Below, one piece after another: positions 41,861-56,839 of a DNA stretch of 64,000 nucleotides (the first letter of the stretch is position 1; each line of letters starts with the position of its first letter). Origin of the DNA: Camelus ferus (taxonomy: Eukaryota). The position numbers and the translations under genes are program-made. The stretch is from assembly GCF_009834535.1 (NCBI RefSeq), contig NC_045697.1, positions 68,760,001-68,824,000 on the forward strand. The letters are read 5' to 3'. Under the pieces are notes generated by a model. That model had not been told where the DNA came from. It made no database searches and worked only from the letters and a program-made list of their open reading frames with translations.

Positions 41861-42499
41861 GTTCTAACTTCACTTTAATCCACCCAACATAGCACTACTC
41901 ATTTAATACTATTCCTAAAGTACTGATCATACCCTATCACCTCTCTGCTTTAAAGCACTGGCTCACAGCTCCATAGAGAAAAATATCCAAACTCTTCACC
42001 CTACTTTTCAAGATCGTTTAAAATCTAGTTTTACACCACCTTACATGTTTTCACCCCATACATGTTCCATAATGGCTATCCTATAATGTCTATACATTAA
42101 TCATCTGCTCAAATTAAGCCTATATCACTACTCTAGAATACAGTATGCTAATTACAGAATCAAAGACTTATATACCTTGTTTCCCTTACCAAGATTTAAT
42201 TTCCTCTTCTCTCATATATTCAAATACTAAAGTCCTTCAGGCCTGTATTCAAATCCTGTATCCTTCACAACCTTTTTCAACCACTCTAACTCATTCTAAT
42301 TTCTTAGTTCTCTGAACTCCTAGAGCTTTTTTTATATATATAAATAGTAGAATATCTTCCTATTAGATGTAAATTATCTCAATTATTCATTGATATGTCA
42401 ATCATTCCTGCAACACTAAAGAAAAATACTCAACCATACTGATTGGACTCACTCTAAATTCCTGAATGCAAATTTCAGATGAGTTGCTTTAAAATTTTT

Positions 42500-43790
42500 A
42501 AAAAAGCTGTATTGTAGTAAAATATTCAAAGCATAATAACTATTTGAAAGAGCACAACTTGGTATCATTAAATACATTCACAATGTTGTATAATCATCAC
42601 CACTATCTATGCCCAAAACGTTTTCATCATCCCAACAAGATTCTGTACCCATTAAATAATTGCCCCCTGTGCCTTCTCCTCAACACCTGGAAATCTCTAC
42701 TTTCTATGTATTTGCTTATTCTAGGTACCTCATATAAGTAGAATTATACTATATTTGTCCTTTTGTGTCTTATTTCATAAGCATGATGATCTCAAGGTCT
42801 ATTCATGTTACAACATATACCAACATTTCATTCCCTTTTATGGCTGAATAATATTCCATTGTATGTATGTAATATGTTTTATTTATCTACTCATCCTGGA
42901 TGGACACTTGGGTTGTTTCCATCTTTTTAGCTATGAACATGGATGTACAAACATAAGTTCAAGTATATGCATTCAGTTCTTGTGGATCTATACATTGCAG
43001 TGTAGTTGCTGGGTCACATAGTAGTTCTATGCTTAACCATTTGCAAAAACACTACACTGTTTTCCATAACATATGCACCATTTTCTATTCCCATCATCAA
43101 AACACACGGTTTCAATTTCTCCACATCCTTGCCAACATTTGTTATTTATTGTTTTTTTAAATTATTATAGCCATACTAGTAGTTGTGAAGTGGTATTTCA
43201 TTTTGCTTTTTTCATTTCTCTAATGTCTAGTGATACTGAGCATCTTTTCATGTGTTTATTAGTCATTTGTGTATCTACATTGGACAAATATCTACTTAAG
43301 AACTTTGCCCATTTTTTTTAAATTGGCTTGTTTGGTTTTTTGTTGTTGAGTTGTAGGAGGTATATATAGAACTTCACTCTTTTGCATGTGGATATCCAGT
43401 TTTCCTAGCACCATTTGTTAAAAAGATTATCTTTGCCCCCATTGAATAGTCTTGGCACTTCTGCTGAAAATCAACTGATCACATATATGAGGGTTTATTG
43501 TTATGCTTTCTATCTCATTGGTCTAACTGTTCATATGCAAGTACCATATTATTTTTATTACTACAGCTTTGTTTTAAGTTTTGAAGTCAAGAAATGTGAA
43601 TCCTCCAACTTTATTCTTCTTTTTTAAGGTTGTTTTGGCTAACCAGGCCCCCTTGCATTTCCTTATATATTTGAGGATTGGCTTTTCAATTTCTGAGAAA
43701 ATGGCTGTTGGAATTTTGACACAAATTGTGTTGAGTCACTTTGAGGAGTGATCTAAACAATATTAAACCTTCCTATTCATGAACACAGTT
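42500..43790 (-). mobile_element. LINE-1 3' part (L1MB-like)
   Basis: cattcacaatgttgtataatcatcaccacta, tttatggctgaataatattccattgtatg, gatggacacttgggttgtttcca, tctccacatccttgccaaca, tgcatgtggatatccagttttcctagcaccatttgtt. Confidence 0.9.
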
Positions 43791-46700
43791 GAAAGCTTAA
43801 GGCCTTCTCGGGTCTTTTGTACGCCTGACTTTTCCTGGGCATCCCCTGTGTGCATGGCTGTTTTTGAATGACCGAAAAATAACCGGGTTCTGTCCTTTTA
43901 AATATCCTGGAAGGATACTAGGGACTAAAAGAATGGTTATCTGCCTTTGGTGCACCAAGCTGATCAGTATGCAATCAGAACACAGAGTCCCAATATTTGA
44001 AATACAAAGTCCTTACTGCCCACCCTGGCTCCAACAACCCAATCCAGAAATAGGTTTCCATCCCCACTGTTGCCTGCCATGGGTAGAGTGTGAGGGTTGA
44101 GCAGTTGCTTCTGCACTAAAGGCCGCAATGGAAAGATATTAACAGCAATTTACCAGCCAAGCTATCCTCTTGATACTGCTGTGTTCAAATAAACTCCAGA
44201 GTTCTAAAACAGACACTTGAATTTCTGCTAGTACAACTGTTTTGTAGTAGAGGGACATTTCTGGTGCTTCCTACTCCATCATCTTTCCTGACTTCATTCC
44301 TCATCAGATGGGTTCTTAATTCCCAAATTTCTATGTCTAGACCAGACTTCTCTCCCAATCCCCAGACTCAGATATCTAATTCCCATCTCTATGGACTCTT
44401 AACGATACCATTCATCATACTACTTCTGTCTGGTCTATGTAGTCTCCCGCTCCTAAATGACTATTTCACAACTTCTCTCTTCTCAATCACCCAATAAATC
44501 CTCACTCTCAGCCGGTTATAGTATCTACTGTCTCACTGAGAAAATTAATTGGAGGAGATTTCCATAGACCCTCCATTACCATCTGCCCAACTACCAGCAT
44601 CAGCACATACAACCTTTTCTCCCCTGCCTGTTATCATAGATCTAAACTCAAGGCCATGAATGCCAGACCCGAGAATCATCGAGGCCACCCTAGAATCTGC
44701 TTACCTCATTCATGACACAGGAATATCCTGTGGCTAGTTTTGCTGACCATATTTTTGGAAACACCACTCTGGGTAAATGGGTGACTGAGGTTAATGAGGT
44801 CAAATTAAACCAACCAACAAGGTTAATTCTGGCTTCTGCTCATCTTCAAACTCCAAAAAAAAAAAAAAAAAATCTTTTTTGTGTGTGGCAAGTTCTTGGG
44901 GGAAAAGGTGTATTTTTTAATTTTTATTATTTTCATTTACCTAATAAATACCTAATAAAAATGAGTCTTTACCTATAGCTTCTTAAGTATAAAATATTTT
45001 TTAAATCTAGCAGAGAATTGTACAACATATCTATTAGTGATTAAGGCATGTCCTCTAACAATGTACTTGTAACTGCAAACAGAGCATAATGTATAAAACC
45101 CCAAAAAACATTCTACCTGAATAAATGGTTCATGGAAAGCAACATAATAGTTCAAAGGGGAAAAACTATGCTCATGTTGCATGCTCTAGGATTTTTTTCT
45201 GTTGTAAAGATTTATCAATATCTGCTCTACAACTGAGTTATCTTTATTTTCTCTGACATAAGCCTATTTTCCACAGACATACTGCATTTTCTTTTCCCTA
45301 GTAGTATAAATTGTCCATTTCCTTAAGAAAATAAACTTTATATTCCCTTCATTTCTCTCCATCTTTGTTATGTTTATAAAATATTTAGTTCTCAAATATA
45401 GACTGGCATTGTATGTATATCTAAATTTGACCAATATTGTATTAAACAAATAAATCAGCTAAGCCTTTAAATTAATTTATATTTACTGGGCTCCCTTAAT
45501 ATGCTGAAGAGTGGTTGAAAGCTCTAAATTTGAATTCTTAGAAAATTATCCTCTATGAAAGATGTATAAGATCCATCTTATTTTTATGTATTCCTATCTT
45601 TATTCCATGCTATGTTCTTTGGTTTTAAACATTAAGAAGTCCATGGATAAAAGTCTTAGAAAACACAGCTCGGTCAGAGATGCTCTAAAGATGTAAAATA
45701 AATACTCATGACACCTGGCATAAGATTCACATCAACAAAGAAAACTGTGTCTTCTATTGGACAAACCAACATTGACTGAGTATATCTCTAATTCGTTTCT
45801 AATCAGAATTTTTCTCCTCTGTATTCTCTTTACTCTGCCTCTGCTTTAAAAAAAAAAAATTATCTTTTTCTCTCCTTCCTCTTCCCCGACGAGAGTTATT
45901 TCAAATCTTCCCACCTGTTGAAGGACATGAATGAATCACTCCATGACACATCCTACCTTAGCATACTGTGATGTTTTATATTTAGAAATCATTAGATAGA
46001 TAAACTTATTTAAAATGCAAGAGAAGTATTCCCTCCTACATTCTTTATAGATTGTTCCAATTCCCTGTCCTTTCAGAAAATGATTTTGCCTCCTAGTTTA
46101 AGGAGAAATTAGTGTTTCTTAGGAGGAATTCCCTCAATTCCTTGTTCCTTCTTCTAATTTCAAGAAGTACAGGAGCATTTCCACTATTTCTATTTTCCTC
46201 CTTTCAATTTCAGTAGAATAAAACTGGTAATAGACCATTTAAAATAGTTTTTTAAATCTGCATACACCTGATTAAATCTCTATGTGCTTATCACATTGCC
46301 TCCCTTTTCTATTATCCTATCTTCTCTGGGAAGATGGACTCCTCTTTGCTATAGTAAGTGACTAGGAAATAAGGCAGCAAGCTACTAATGTTGATTATAA
46401 CTCAAAACAATCATTTGTAAGAGCCACTTAAGAATGCACCTACTATTTCAAGACCTCTGGACTTTCTTCCAAGTAGTAAAAACATCAATTGAAAGATGTG
46501 CTCATAGATATGCCCTTTATTTATACTTGCTGCATATGACATGTCGTATCCATGAAGATGAAAACTTGGTACAGGACTTTTAATTGATAATTCAAGTCTG
46601 TCTCTTCATTAACTCATCCTTTCATCTTTTCTTCATAACAAAACCCTCTGAAAACTCCTCCCTGACCTTCCCCCAAAATAAAGTTAATTATATTACAAGC

Positions 46701-48019
46701 ATCTTTTCTCCTAATTAAGCGCACTATAACCACAAATGCATTTTCTTATTATAACTAACGCTAGGCAGCAATTAGGTGAATGCTGTGCTCTGTGAGATTG
46801 ACTCTCAAGTGCAATATGGGCTTAACTCAGACTTGTGGTTACAAGAAAGTAAATACTTTGAAAGGAAGTCCTTCTTGAAATATTCTTTGACACTAAAAAC
46901 TTTCCAATTAACACTATTTTTACTTCTAAACATATGTATGTACATACACACACACACACACACACATATGCATATATATCCCTAACACAAAACAACAGAT
47001 CTCCTTCTGATTAATATTTACAACACTTTATGTACAATGAGACCAAAGCACCCACTAACTCAAAAATACCAAGTTTCCAAACAAATGTATTCATGCATTA
47101 TTAGTGGTCAGTGAGTTCATCCTGTTTCTGTGTAATGTGTGTTTTCCTTGTCATTTTCTTATACATATTTAACGGGGATGTAGATAGGTTGAATAGGTTG
47201 TGAGTTTAGCATCTGTTACTATAGCATTGGTCTTACATTAGCCTTAATTTACTTTATAAAATTAAGAGCAAGACACCTACTTTCTCTGACACACAGTCAC
47301 CTTCACTGAAGAAAAGAAAATCTACATTACAAAGTTGTTGGTAAACATTACTAAATGAGATATGTTGTAAATGTAAGTAATTTTAATTAAAGTTATTTAT
47401 AGTTATTATTTTCACATATTATTTGAAGTTATCAGTCTAGGCTTTAGGGGATCTGAATTACTGGCCTCCAATTTTTTTAAATGAGAAATAAAATGGTATG
47501 TGAAGAGATGGTGGCAGATATTTCAGGAAAAAATGATTTTAGTTTTTCAAACCATTTTAGAAGGCCATTTGTGTGAGAATAGAGAGGCCCTAGAGGATGA
47601 TCTGTAAAGAAAGTATTTTTTTTTAAAGCAAATAAAAGATTCTTTTAGAAAATGAAAGATATTTGATTTTATTTTGTTCTGGCATTCCAGACAGGAAAAG
47701 TATGAAGAACCCAATAAACTACAGAGACAAGACATTTTAGATGGGAAAACAGAAAAAGGATTTAGCAAGATGACAGAAATCTGGAAATAATATACCTGCT
47801 AGGGAAGGGCACTGCAAAAGACCTAGGAAAATGGCTACATAATATTTACATTTGAATTGTTACCTGATGAGAAAGACAAAATACACTGGACAATTAAGGA
47901 AACAGTTATTCAGGCCATTGCAGAGAGTGTCATGAGAAAAGATGGAGTTGGCCTTATATCAGAGGATGTCAGGGCAGGATGGTCCTTTGCAGAAAACACA
48001 TAAGGGTCGGGGGCTAATG

Positions 48020-48881
48020 CAAATTTATGTTCTCATAGCTCTAGAGGTAAGAAGTTTTAAAAAGGGTCTCACTGGGCTAAAATTAAGATGTCTGTGGAGC
48101 TGCATTCCTCTCTCGAAGCTCTAAGAGAGAATCCACTTCCTTACGTTTTCTAGCTTCTAGTGTTACACTCCTTGGCTCACAACTCCAGTCTTCAAAGTCA
48201 GCAGTAGCATGTTAAATCTCTCTCACAATGAATCACTCTGAGCCTCCTGCTTCCCTCTTACATTTATAAGGATTCTTGTGATTATACTGGTCCCCCTTGA
48301 TAAATCCAGGATAATCTCCCTATCTCAAAATCAGCTGATTAGCAGCCTGTAATCTTAATTATTCCTGCCACGTATTATGGGTTGAAATGTGTCACCCAAA
48401 AAGATATGCTGAAGTTGTAACTCTAAAGACCTCAGAATGTGACCTTATTTGGAAATAGTGTTGTTGTAGATTAGTTAAAATAAGCTCGTACTGGAGGACT
48501 GTGAGTCCTTAATCTGGTATCAACTTGCTCTTATAATAAAAGCAGACAATATGACACACAGAGGGAAGATAGCCACGTGACCAAGTAGGCAGGGACTGGA
48601 ATGACACATCTACCAGCCAAGGAAGGCCAAGCAAACACCAGAGACTAGAAGAGGCAATAATGGATTCTCTTCCACAGGTTTCAAAGGGAGCATGCCCTCT
48701 GCTGACTTCTTTATGGGAACTTCTTGCCTCTAGAGCAGTGGCTATAAATTATTGCTTTAAGGCATCCAGTTTGTGATTGTTATGGCAGCTTTAGCAAATG
48801 AGTACACCTTGTAACAAGACATAGTCACAGGTTCTGAGGATTAGGATGTATCTTTGGGGAGGCCACTATTCTACTACCACA
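48020..48881 (-). mobile_element. MaLR LTR (MLT1C/D-like), split by a nested LTR
   Basis: aaatttatgttctcatagctctagagg...aatccaggataatctccctatctcaaaatc [insert] gtaacaagacatagtcacaggttctgaggattagga...ctattctactaccaca. Confidence 0.8.
48373..48806 (+). mobile_element. MaLR solo LTR (MLT1B/C-like) nested in the opposite orientation
   Basis: tattatgggttgaaatgtgtc...cctcagaatgtgaccttatttggaaatag...agccaaggaaggcca...tgttatggcagctttagcaaatgagtaca, flanked by degenerate 5-mers ccacg and ccttg. Confidence 0.82.
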
Positions 48882-49274
48882 GTCAGTTGGGGAAATGATA
48901 AAAAATAAAAGACATTTTCCCTCTAATTAAGAAAGAACAAGAAAAAAAATTTTTTTGAAGAGATGGAAATGATGGCCTTTTTTCCTCCTAATTTACACAG
49001 CATCCTGAGGCTTTTATCTTCCTGGAACCTCTATTAAGAATTCCAGAATTCACTTAGCAACAATTTTTCACCACCACTTTTTTGCTGGTTTTACTATTAA
49101 GTGAATTAAATGTTTAACTAATATATATGGCTACAATTTAGGAAAATATAACCGAAATAAAAAAATGCATAGCCAAAGTACAGACTAGTAGACTGGGAAA
49201 AAAAATCTACTCCATCTTCAGGGTCCTTGGGTTTTAAAACATGGAAACATAAGTTTCCACTTCAATTTTTCAAG

Positions 49275-50275
49275 GTTATTTTTAAGATTTCATATTGTGG
49301 TAAGAACACAACATAAGATCTATTCTCTTAAAAAACATTTATGTGTACTTTATTGTTGACTAGAGGTGTATCTAGATCTCTAGAGCTTACTCATCTTGCT
49401 TAATTGAAACTTCATGCCATTGATTAGAAACTACCCCTTTCCCCCCTCCTAGTCCATGGGAACCACTGATTCCACTGATTCTATGAATTTGACTATTTTA
49501 GATACTTTGTACAAGTGAGAACATACAGTATTTGTTGTTCTGAGACTGACCTATTTAATTCACTATAATGCCCTCAAGGTTCATCCACGTTGTCCCATTA
49601 TACAGAATCTCCTTCTTCTTTAAGGCTGAATAGTATTCCAATATATATATACAATACATTATCCATGTATCTGTCAACGGATATTTAGGTTGTTTCCACA
49701 CCTTAGCTATTGTAAATAGTTCTGCAGTAAACATGGGAGTACTAAAATCTCTTCAGAACTCTGATTTTAATTTTTTCAGATAAAAAAGTAAAGTAGGATT
49801 GCCAGATCATATGGTAGTTCTTTTTTAAATTTTTTGAGGAAACTTCATATTGTTTTCCATAGCAGCTGCACCATCTACATTCCCACCAACAGTGTGCAAG
49901 GGTTCCAGTTTCTCCACATTCTTGCCAACACTTGTTGTCTTTTGCTATTTTTGATAAAAGCCATCCTGACAGGTGTGAGATAATATCTCATGGGGTTTTG
50001 ATTTGCATTTCCTTGATGATTAGTGACACAGAGTGTTTTTTAACATACTGTTGGGTCATTTATATGCCTTCTTTGGAGCAACATTATCTACTTAAGTCCT
50101 TAGCCCATTTTTTAATAGTTATTAGAGATTTTGGGGCTATTGAGTCGTAGGAGTTCCTTATATATTTTGGAGATTAATCTCTTATCAGATACGTGGTTTG
50201 CAAATATTTGTTTCCGTTCCATAGGTTATCTTTTCATTTTGCTTCCTTTGCTATAAAGAAGCTTTGGAGTTTTTA
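49275..50275 (-). mobile_element. LINE-1 3' end (L1MA-like)
   Basis: tgtggtaagaacacaacataagatcta, tttaaggctgaatagtattcca, ggattgccagatcatatggtagttct, cattcccaccaacagtgtgcaagggttcc, tggtttgcaaatattt. Confidence 0.92.
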
Positions 50276-51576
50276 AAGATATATTTAAATATGTATTCAG
50301 TGCAGCTAGTGTCTAACAACACTTTTATTGGTGGCAGGATTTCTTTCCTTTTTCCTTATTTTTAAAGAAAAATATATTTCTAAAGATCTTTTAACCCTAC
50401 AGAAACAAAATGACTCATTTTGTATTTTTCATTCTGTCAGATTTATCTTTCTCCTTCTTAATAGAGTAGGATTAACACATTTGAGATAAAGCACATTCTA
50501 TGCGTTCCCTAGTGACCAATCTTTACAGGAACATTAGGTTCAGACCTGTTCTGCCCATACAGCTAGCAGCTGATAACAGAAGGGAAAGGAGAACATGACT
50601 GGGGACAGCTAAAAAAAATGAGAGCTTTTGTCCTAATAGGAAGCATTCTCCCTATGAAAAGAATCTCATTTGCCTTATAGAGGTGAACACCATTAACAAA
50701 TACACACACACTTACTTCAATTATGAGGAGCATGAAGCTAAAATGCCCCAGGGGAAAAAAAGATACAGAAAGAAAATCTTATTTTACAACAGCAGTGGAA
50801 AAGAAAATCAAAGCTATTGCCTCTCTCCTATTTGAAAAATACTTTACATTAAATCCAAACTAAATACAGACTAAAAGTATTCCAAACTGAAAACTAAAAA
50901 TTGCCTCAAGACAAAAAAACAGAACAAGTCATTCAAGAACTCTTCAATTTCTTGTGAAATATTTTCATTTCCTTAGCTATCATTATCAGATTATGCAAAG
51001 ATATATTATTGTTAAAATCTTACGGCTAAAAGAGAACAATGTATTACAGTTTTTGCATAAGTGTTAACACATCTCCTTGCTCTCATATTCAAAGCTTCTT
51101 GATTAAATCTGTCTAATGTTCTCTCAGTCTTGACTCTCAGAAGACCTAACTGCAAATATAATATTCTGTGTTATATATTCAAAAAGAAAAACTGGATACA
51201 AATATTAATACTAGAAAATAAGAGCCTTCTACCCCAAGAATGAAATAAAGACCAGCACGTAGTTACCTATACAGTGTTAGTTACTTATGTAGCATATAGG
51301 TGCTAATGGTAAATTTAAACATGCTGCCCAAACATCTGGACCTTGGATTTTAGAAAACAGGAGACTAATCATTTTAAATACAAAGACAGGCTAAAATACA
51401 GGCTAAAATTCTATACAAGCAAAAGATTATTTAAATCTAATGGCAAGGATTTTAAAGCTTTCCAGTATATTTAAATGTTAAGTAATGCTACACATTTCTA
51501 TTGTGTAGTTTACTGAATTTCACATCAAAGCTTTATGAGATGCATTTAAGTAAGGACAAATATAAGACCTATAAGC

Positions 51577-51700
51577 AGGGTAACCAAATGTTCCAATTTG
51601 ACTAGCATAGTCTTATTTTGTGCCTTTTGTCTGAACATTAATAGAGCTCTTTTTCTCTCAAAGGCCTCTTAAATGAGTAATATTATATGATCACTCTATC
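51577..51700. mobile_element. MER94-like MITE (second copy)
   Basis: Termini agggtaaccaaatg...tatatgatcactct form an imperfect inverted repeat. Confidence 0.55.
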
Positions 51701-52824
51701 TAAAAGAATTAAATCAGGAAGGCTATGCTGCAAATGAGTTGTACCTTCTAAAAATGTTTTAAGTTATGTTTATAATTTAAGAAATTAAAAAAAAATAGGT
51801 AAGACAGACTATTTACATCTAGTGATTTACTCATAGTATGGCACTACTTAACTGGTAGCAGAACCCTCTGCTCTAAGTTGGCTGCAACTCCAAATTGTTT
51901 TTCTTGTCTCAGCTTAGTATATTTTAGGTAATTGAAAAGGGCAGGGAAAGGTTGATAATAAGGGAAACAGAAATCCAAACAGGAATGCACATGTCTTCTC
52001 AGAAATCCAAATTTAGGAAATTCAAGTCTACCAGTTTAGATGCTCAGGAAAGTGAAGCAAATTGAAACTTAAATTACAGGAGCATTACAGTGATATGGGA
52101 AGGAATGTAAAGAAAATGAGAGGTGTGAGGAAGCAGAAATGGTTTAAAGTAATTTCAATTGCTTTTTCTAATTGGAAAAGGGGAGATTCTACAAACAATA
52201 GATCAATGTTCCTGTTTGCTACTCTGTGGAATAGTGAGCCATAAATATGGTCTATCTAGACTTTATCAAGGCAGTTGAATAATTTCTCACTATATCAATG
52301 CACAAGGGCTGTATTATTTAATGTAAATATACATAGTTCACATTTGGCTATTCCACATACCACACTGTAACTCTCGTATGAATCAGTCCAGACAAAAGCA
52401 CACCTGTCCTAGGCAACTACTTAGACAAAGTCAGATTATGCTCAGCCTTCAGCCTTCACTCTTTGACCTCAGTTGTTATTTTTTTAATACCTATAGGAAT
52501 TAATATTTCTCTAGACTCATCTGATCTTTGCTTTTACAGCTTATTAAACTCAGCTTCAAAATTCACTTCAGGGTCTTATTCCCCTCATATAGTCATTTCT
52601 GTTATTCCAGCGACAGGCACTCCCTCTTCCATCTCCAGCTCCATAGAGTGAACCCATGACCAGCCCTACCAGGAAAGGGAACTCATTCTATATGACGTTA
52701 TGCAAATTACTGATTAATTATCAACATTAACCAGTAGGATATTGCTCTTGATTTTCTTGACATCACTGTGTTCAGCATTTTTTATCTTCATCTTAAATGA
52801 TGCTACTGAAGTCACATTTTTCAT

Positions 52825-53335
52825 TGCATAAAGATTAAACATTTTAAATATGGTCTGCAAGGCCTACATGATTTGACGCAAGCCCACTTCTCCACCCTTG
52901 TCTTGTACCTCCCTTCCCTACTCTCCATTTTAGCCACACTTCCCTTTTTTCAGTTCTTTGAATGTGCTCTGCTCAGAGTCATAGAACATAGTGGTGCCTC
53001 TGCCTGGATCACTCTTCAAACCCAACCTCCACAACACACTGCACACATACACAGAGAGTAAGCTTTCACAGACCTCAGTTCAGTTGGCACTTACCTAGGG
53101 TGGCCTTCCTAATCTGAAGACTAAAACAGACCCCCTCTGTATACACTTCCACAGTATCCTTTACTTTTATTCACAGCACTGACTTTGGTTTGCAATTATA
53201 AAGTATTTGTATAGTAGCTGATCTCCCTGTCCAGACTATAAGACATGTTAGGTCAGAGGCTGTATGAATTTTGTGCACTACTGTATCTGTCATATTCAGC
53301 CCAATGCCTTAGTACAAAGCAAATATACCACAAAT
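52825..53335 (+). mobile_element. L2 3' region
   Basis: tctgcaaggcctacatgatttgac, tagccacact...cagttctttgaatgtgc, cctctgcctggatcactctt, ccagactataag...gtcagaggctgt, cagcccaatgcct. Confidence 0.75.
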
Positions 53336-53399
53336 AATTGTTCTTTTGGAGGTTAAAGGATACAAGGCTGGAAGGATCGAGGATATATCTTACGAGAGA

Positions 53400-54975
53400 A
53401 TTGGTATCCAAAATAACCTCAGTAGGACAAGTAAACTACACTACAAAGGAAATACAGCAGGAATAAAGTTTAGGTCCTGCAGTTAAGACTAAAGAAAGAA
53501 CTGCACAAGATGAGTGGGAGTAATTAAAAGTGTATGTGTGTAAAAGAAGTGGTGATTGAATTTTTACTAATATAGTAAGAAACATGTCTGGGTTTTTTCC
53601 TTACCATCTATCTTGCTCCTCTCAAGAGAAAAAAGTGTGTTGATTGATATAATTAATAGCAACTAAATTCCTCATTAACCAGGAAATAAGGCCATGGCAT
53701 TGACAAAAACATTTGTGCCTATCTTACTTACCCTTTTTCTTTGCTTCTTAGACACAGATGCATCCAGACCAAGGGATGCCAGGTGGTAAGTGATAAATGG
53801 TAAATCTAAACATATCACTTACCCTCCACATAATAAGACTATGTAGGGCCCTGTCATAGTCTCCAACTTAGTGTTTAGTGCTGATACTCTATAATTCTTA
53901 ACTTTTGTCCTATATTTGTGTTCAACTAAGTATGGAGAATATAGCTAACATGTAATCACAAGTAATCATACATAGTGCAGAGACTTCTCTGGATGGTCAT
54001 AAAGAATAGCCATGATCGATAACAGAGGCCTAGTCAATATGATTGCTAAAGAGCTGTTGCAAATCTTGGTCTGAATTAATAATGTAGAATGTAGAACAAG
54101 AACAATAATGAGACTCTACTCAGAACTGCTCAGAACACTCCCTGTATACTGTCTAATCTTAGGAACTTCACTTTAAGTGATGTATTGAGAAAGACAGGAC
54201 GTGTTCAAGATTGTGTTATTATTCTTAATTGTTCACTGTCCTTCCTTTAAGAGGCTTGTAGATCTCTGCCCTTTGCTGTGTGATTTAGAGCACATTCAAG
54301 TGGCAGGTATGTATTTCCCTATCCCATCAATGTTAGATATGACTATGTGACTTGCTTTAGCTTAAAAAAAATGAGTAAAAGCAAAATATATGAGCAAAAT
54401 ATAAGTAAAAGATATACAGCAGTTTGGAGCAAATTTTACACTTTTTCCTCTATTAAATGGCATCACTTAGGGGCTGCTCCTTCAGCCTGCGTCCTAAAAT
54501 GAAGATATATGGAGGAAAACTTCAGCAAATAAATAGCTGACCTATTATATGAGTGAAAAATTAACCTCTGTTTGTATAACCACTAAGATTATAGGGTTGT
54601 TTGTTACCACAGGAAAGCCTAGAGAAGTTGGACTAATAGTGTCAGATAAACTGAATAATTAAAAACTTCAAGACCATTTCATATTAGGTACAGTTGAAGA
54701 AACTGGGATGTTATATTTACTGAAGAAAAAATGTAGATGGACACTGTAGCACTCAATATTTAATGAGTGGTCAAATATAAAAGCAGTAGAACTATTCTGG
54801 GTATTCTTACTGGGTTAAATTAGGACCAATAACTGAAAGCTTTAGGAAAATCCAATTCAGCTGAATATTAGAGAGAATCTTCTAACTTGCAGAGGTGGTA
54901 AAAAAAAAAAAAATGAAATTAGCAGTTTTAAGGTGCTTGAAAATTTTCCTGACACTGGGAGGTTCAAATAGCTCA
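53400..54975 (+). mobile_element. Fragmented L3/CR1 LINE interrupted by younger insertions
   Basis: CR1-like segments caggaataaagtttaggtcctgcagttaag, actgctcagaacactc..cacttt..gtgttcaag, cagttgaagaaactgggatgtt, aattcagctgaatattagagagaatcttctaac. Confidence 0.5.
54212..54638 (+). mobile_element. Old MaLR LTR (MLT1H/I-like) inside the L3
   Basis: tgactatgtgacttgcttt, ggctgctccttcagcctg, ccactaagattatagggttgtttgttacc...gactaata. Confidence 0.65.
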
Positions 54976-56839
54976 ATATATTTAGTTGGGGATATTTTTA
55001 AAGGATTTAAATATTGGTTGGGTCAATAGACTATATGGCCTCTTTTAACACAAAATGCAAAATTTATAACAAAATACAGGACATCCAAACCAACCTTTCT
55101 CAAAGACTCATTGTCCATTACATGTTGGTTTTCTTCCCCTCATTACTGTTATTTATTCAGTCATTATGAGCAGTTATTGGTAAACAGAGGAAAGATTCCT
55201 TTTAAATAAATCATATGCTTCCAAAATTAATAATCTAAGACTGGGTATAGCAGTCAAATATGAGAAAGAAACACCTATTCACAAAGATTAAGATTAAATA
55301 TTTAAAACAGTTGAAATTTAAATTAAATTAGGAAATTACAAATACAAAATTGCTTTTGTTCCTAAATATTTAAAAATAAAACACTCTTACTAATGAGTAC
55401 ACAGAGATTAATAAAATGAACATTCATTGTATGTAGAATATGATTTCTACTACTTCATTTATGAGTCTACAGTGTATTTATAGGCATTAACAAAACTAAA
55501 AGGATATTTAATGATTTTAATTTTTCCATCCAATATAGAATTTGTTAAAGAATTTTAAAATCAAAATAAACCAACTTTTAATTAAAAATTAATGAATTAC
55601 ATCTTCAGAAGAATGTTAATTCTTGCTTTTATAGGAAAAATAATTAGCAATTAAGTTTTCTTTTAGTACTTGTTTTTTTGTCAAACAGATAAATTCAATG
55701 CCATCTTAAATAATTAACATGTTTAACTGGCTGCTAACATCTGTTTCTTCTATCTCTTCTAATTATTTTTTATATTTAATTTAGCTATCATAACACATGT
55801 TCAATTTTATCACATACAATTTGTTTCAAGTAGGTAGTTCACTTAACAAGTAAATATTCATTACATTTCAATAATTCAAAATAAATGTAAGTATTTTTAA
55901 GGTGTGAGAAATATCTCACTATCATATCTGTAATCTTAAAATATTCAGCATAAGTAACTGTAACACATTTTTGGATACTCATAAGAAAATTTTCTTTTGG
56001 CCTCAAATTTAGAAGCTCAGTGATTTTATGGCTTAAAAAGCAAATGAAACTCAGCTGTTGATAATTCAAGAAGAGGCTTTATAGTGTTTATTCCATTACT
56101 AATTATGCTTCTCTTTTCCCTCTATTAAAATACTGACTAAATAGCAAGTACAATGCATTCTTTTAATCAGTTTTTCCATTTTATACCTATAACAAACCCA
56201 CAAAGGAGTGCAGTAAATGAACCAGGGAGTTTGATTTTATTTTCCTTTCTTCTAGTTTAAATTTTCTTAAGGTCCTGTCATTTATCCTCAATGATTCCCA
56301 TTTCATTTGGAAACGGGAAAAAATTTTAGAAGACACTGAGTATCTCTGACAACTAGACGTGGCAGCCAGTTTTAACAATAAACTATTGTTGCTATTGGAG
56401 TTTAAATTTTACAATATTTGCTACACTTAATTACAAAAGATAGCAAGGAAATATATCTTATATAATTTACATTTCCATGTAGTTTATTATTCATCTTTAA
56501 CACTTAGAAAATTGGTATTGTGAAAGCAATTTTCCCTAAAATCAGATATCTGCTTTGTCTTCAAAGTTAGGAGATCACTTTACATTAAATGAGCATTTGA
56601 ATAATGTGTTAATCAGTTTTTTCATGTTATACTTATAACACGTCCACATCTTTTGTTAGTCTGATTGGTCTTTTTCTACAAATTTGGCATTTTAGAGGAA
56701 AAAGAAGTTATTGAAACTCAACAAAGGTTAAGAAGGAGTCAAGTGATGAGAAGAGAAAATTAGAAACACTGCAATGAAAGTAAAACGTAAAGGAAACCCC
56801 TTTATTCTAGGCCCATACAGATGCTATGCCAATGAAAAT

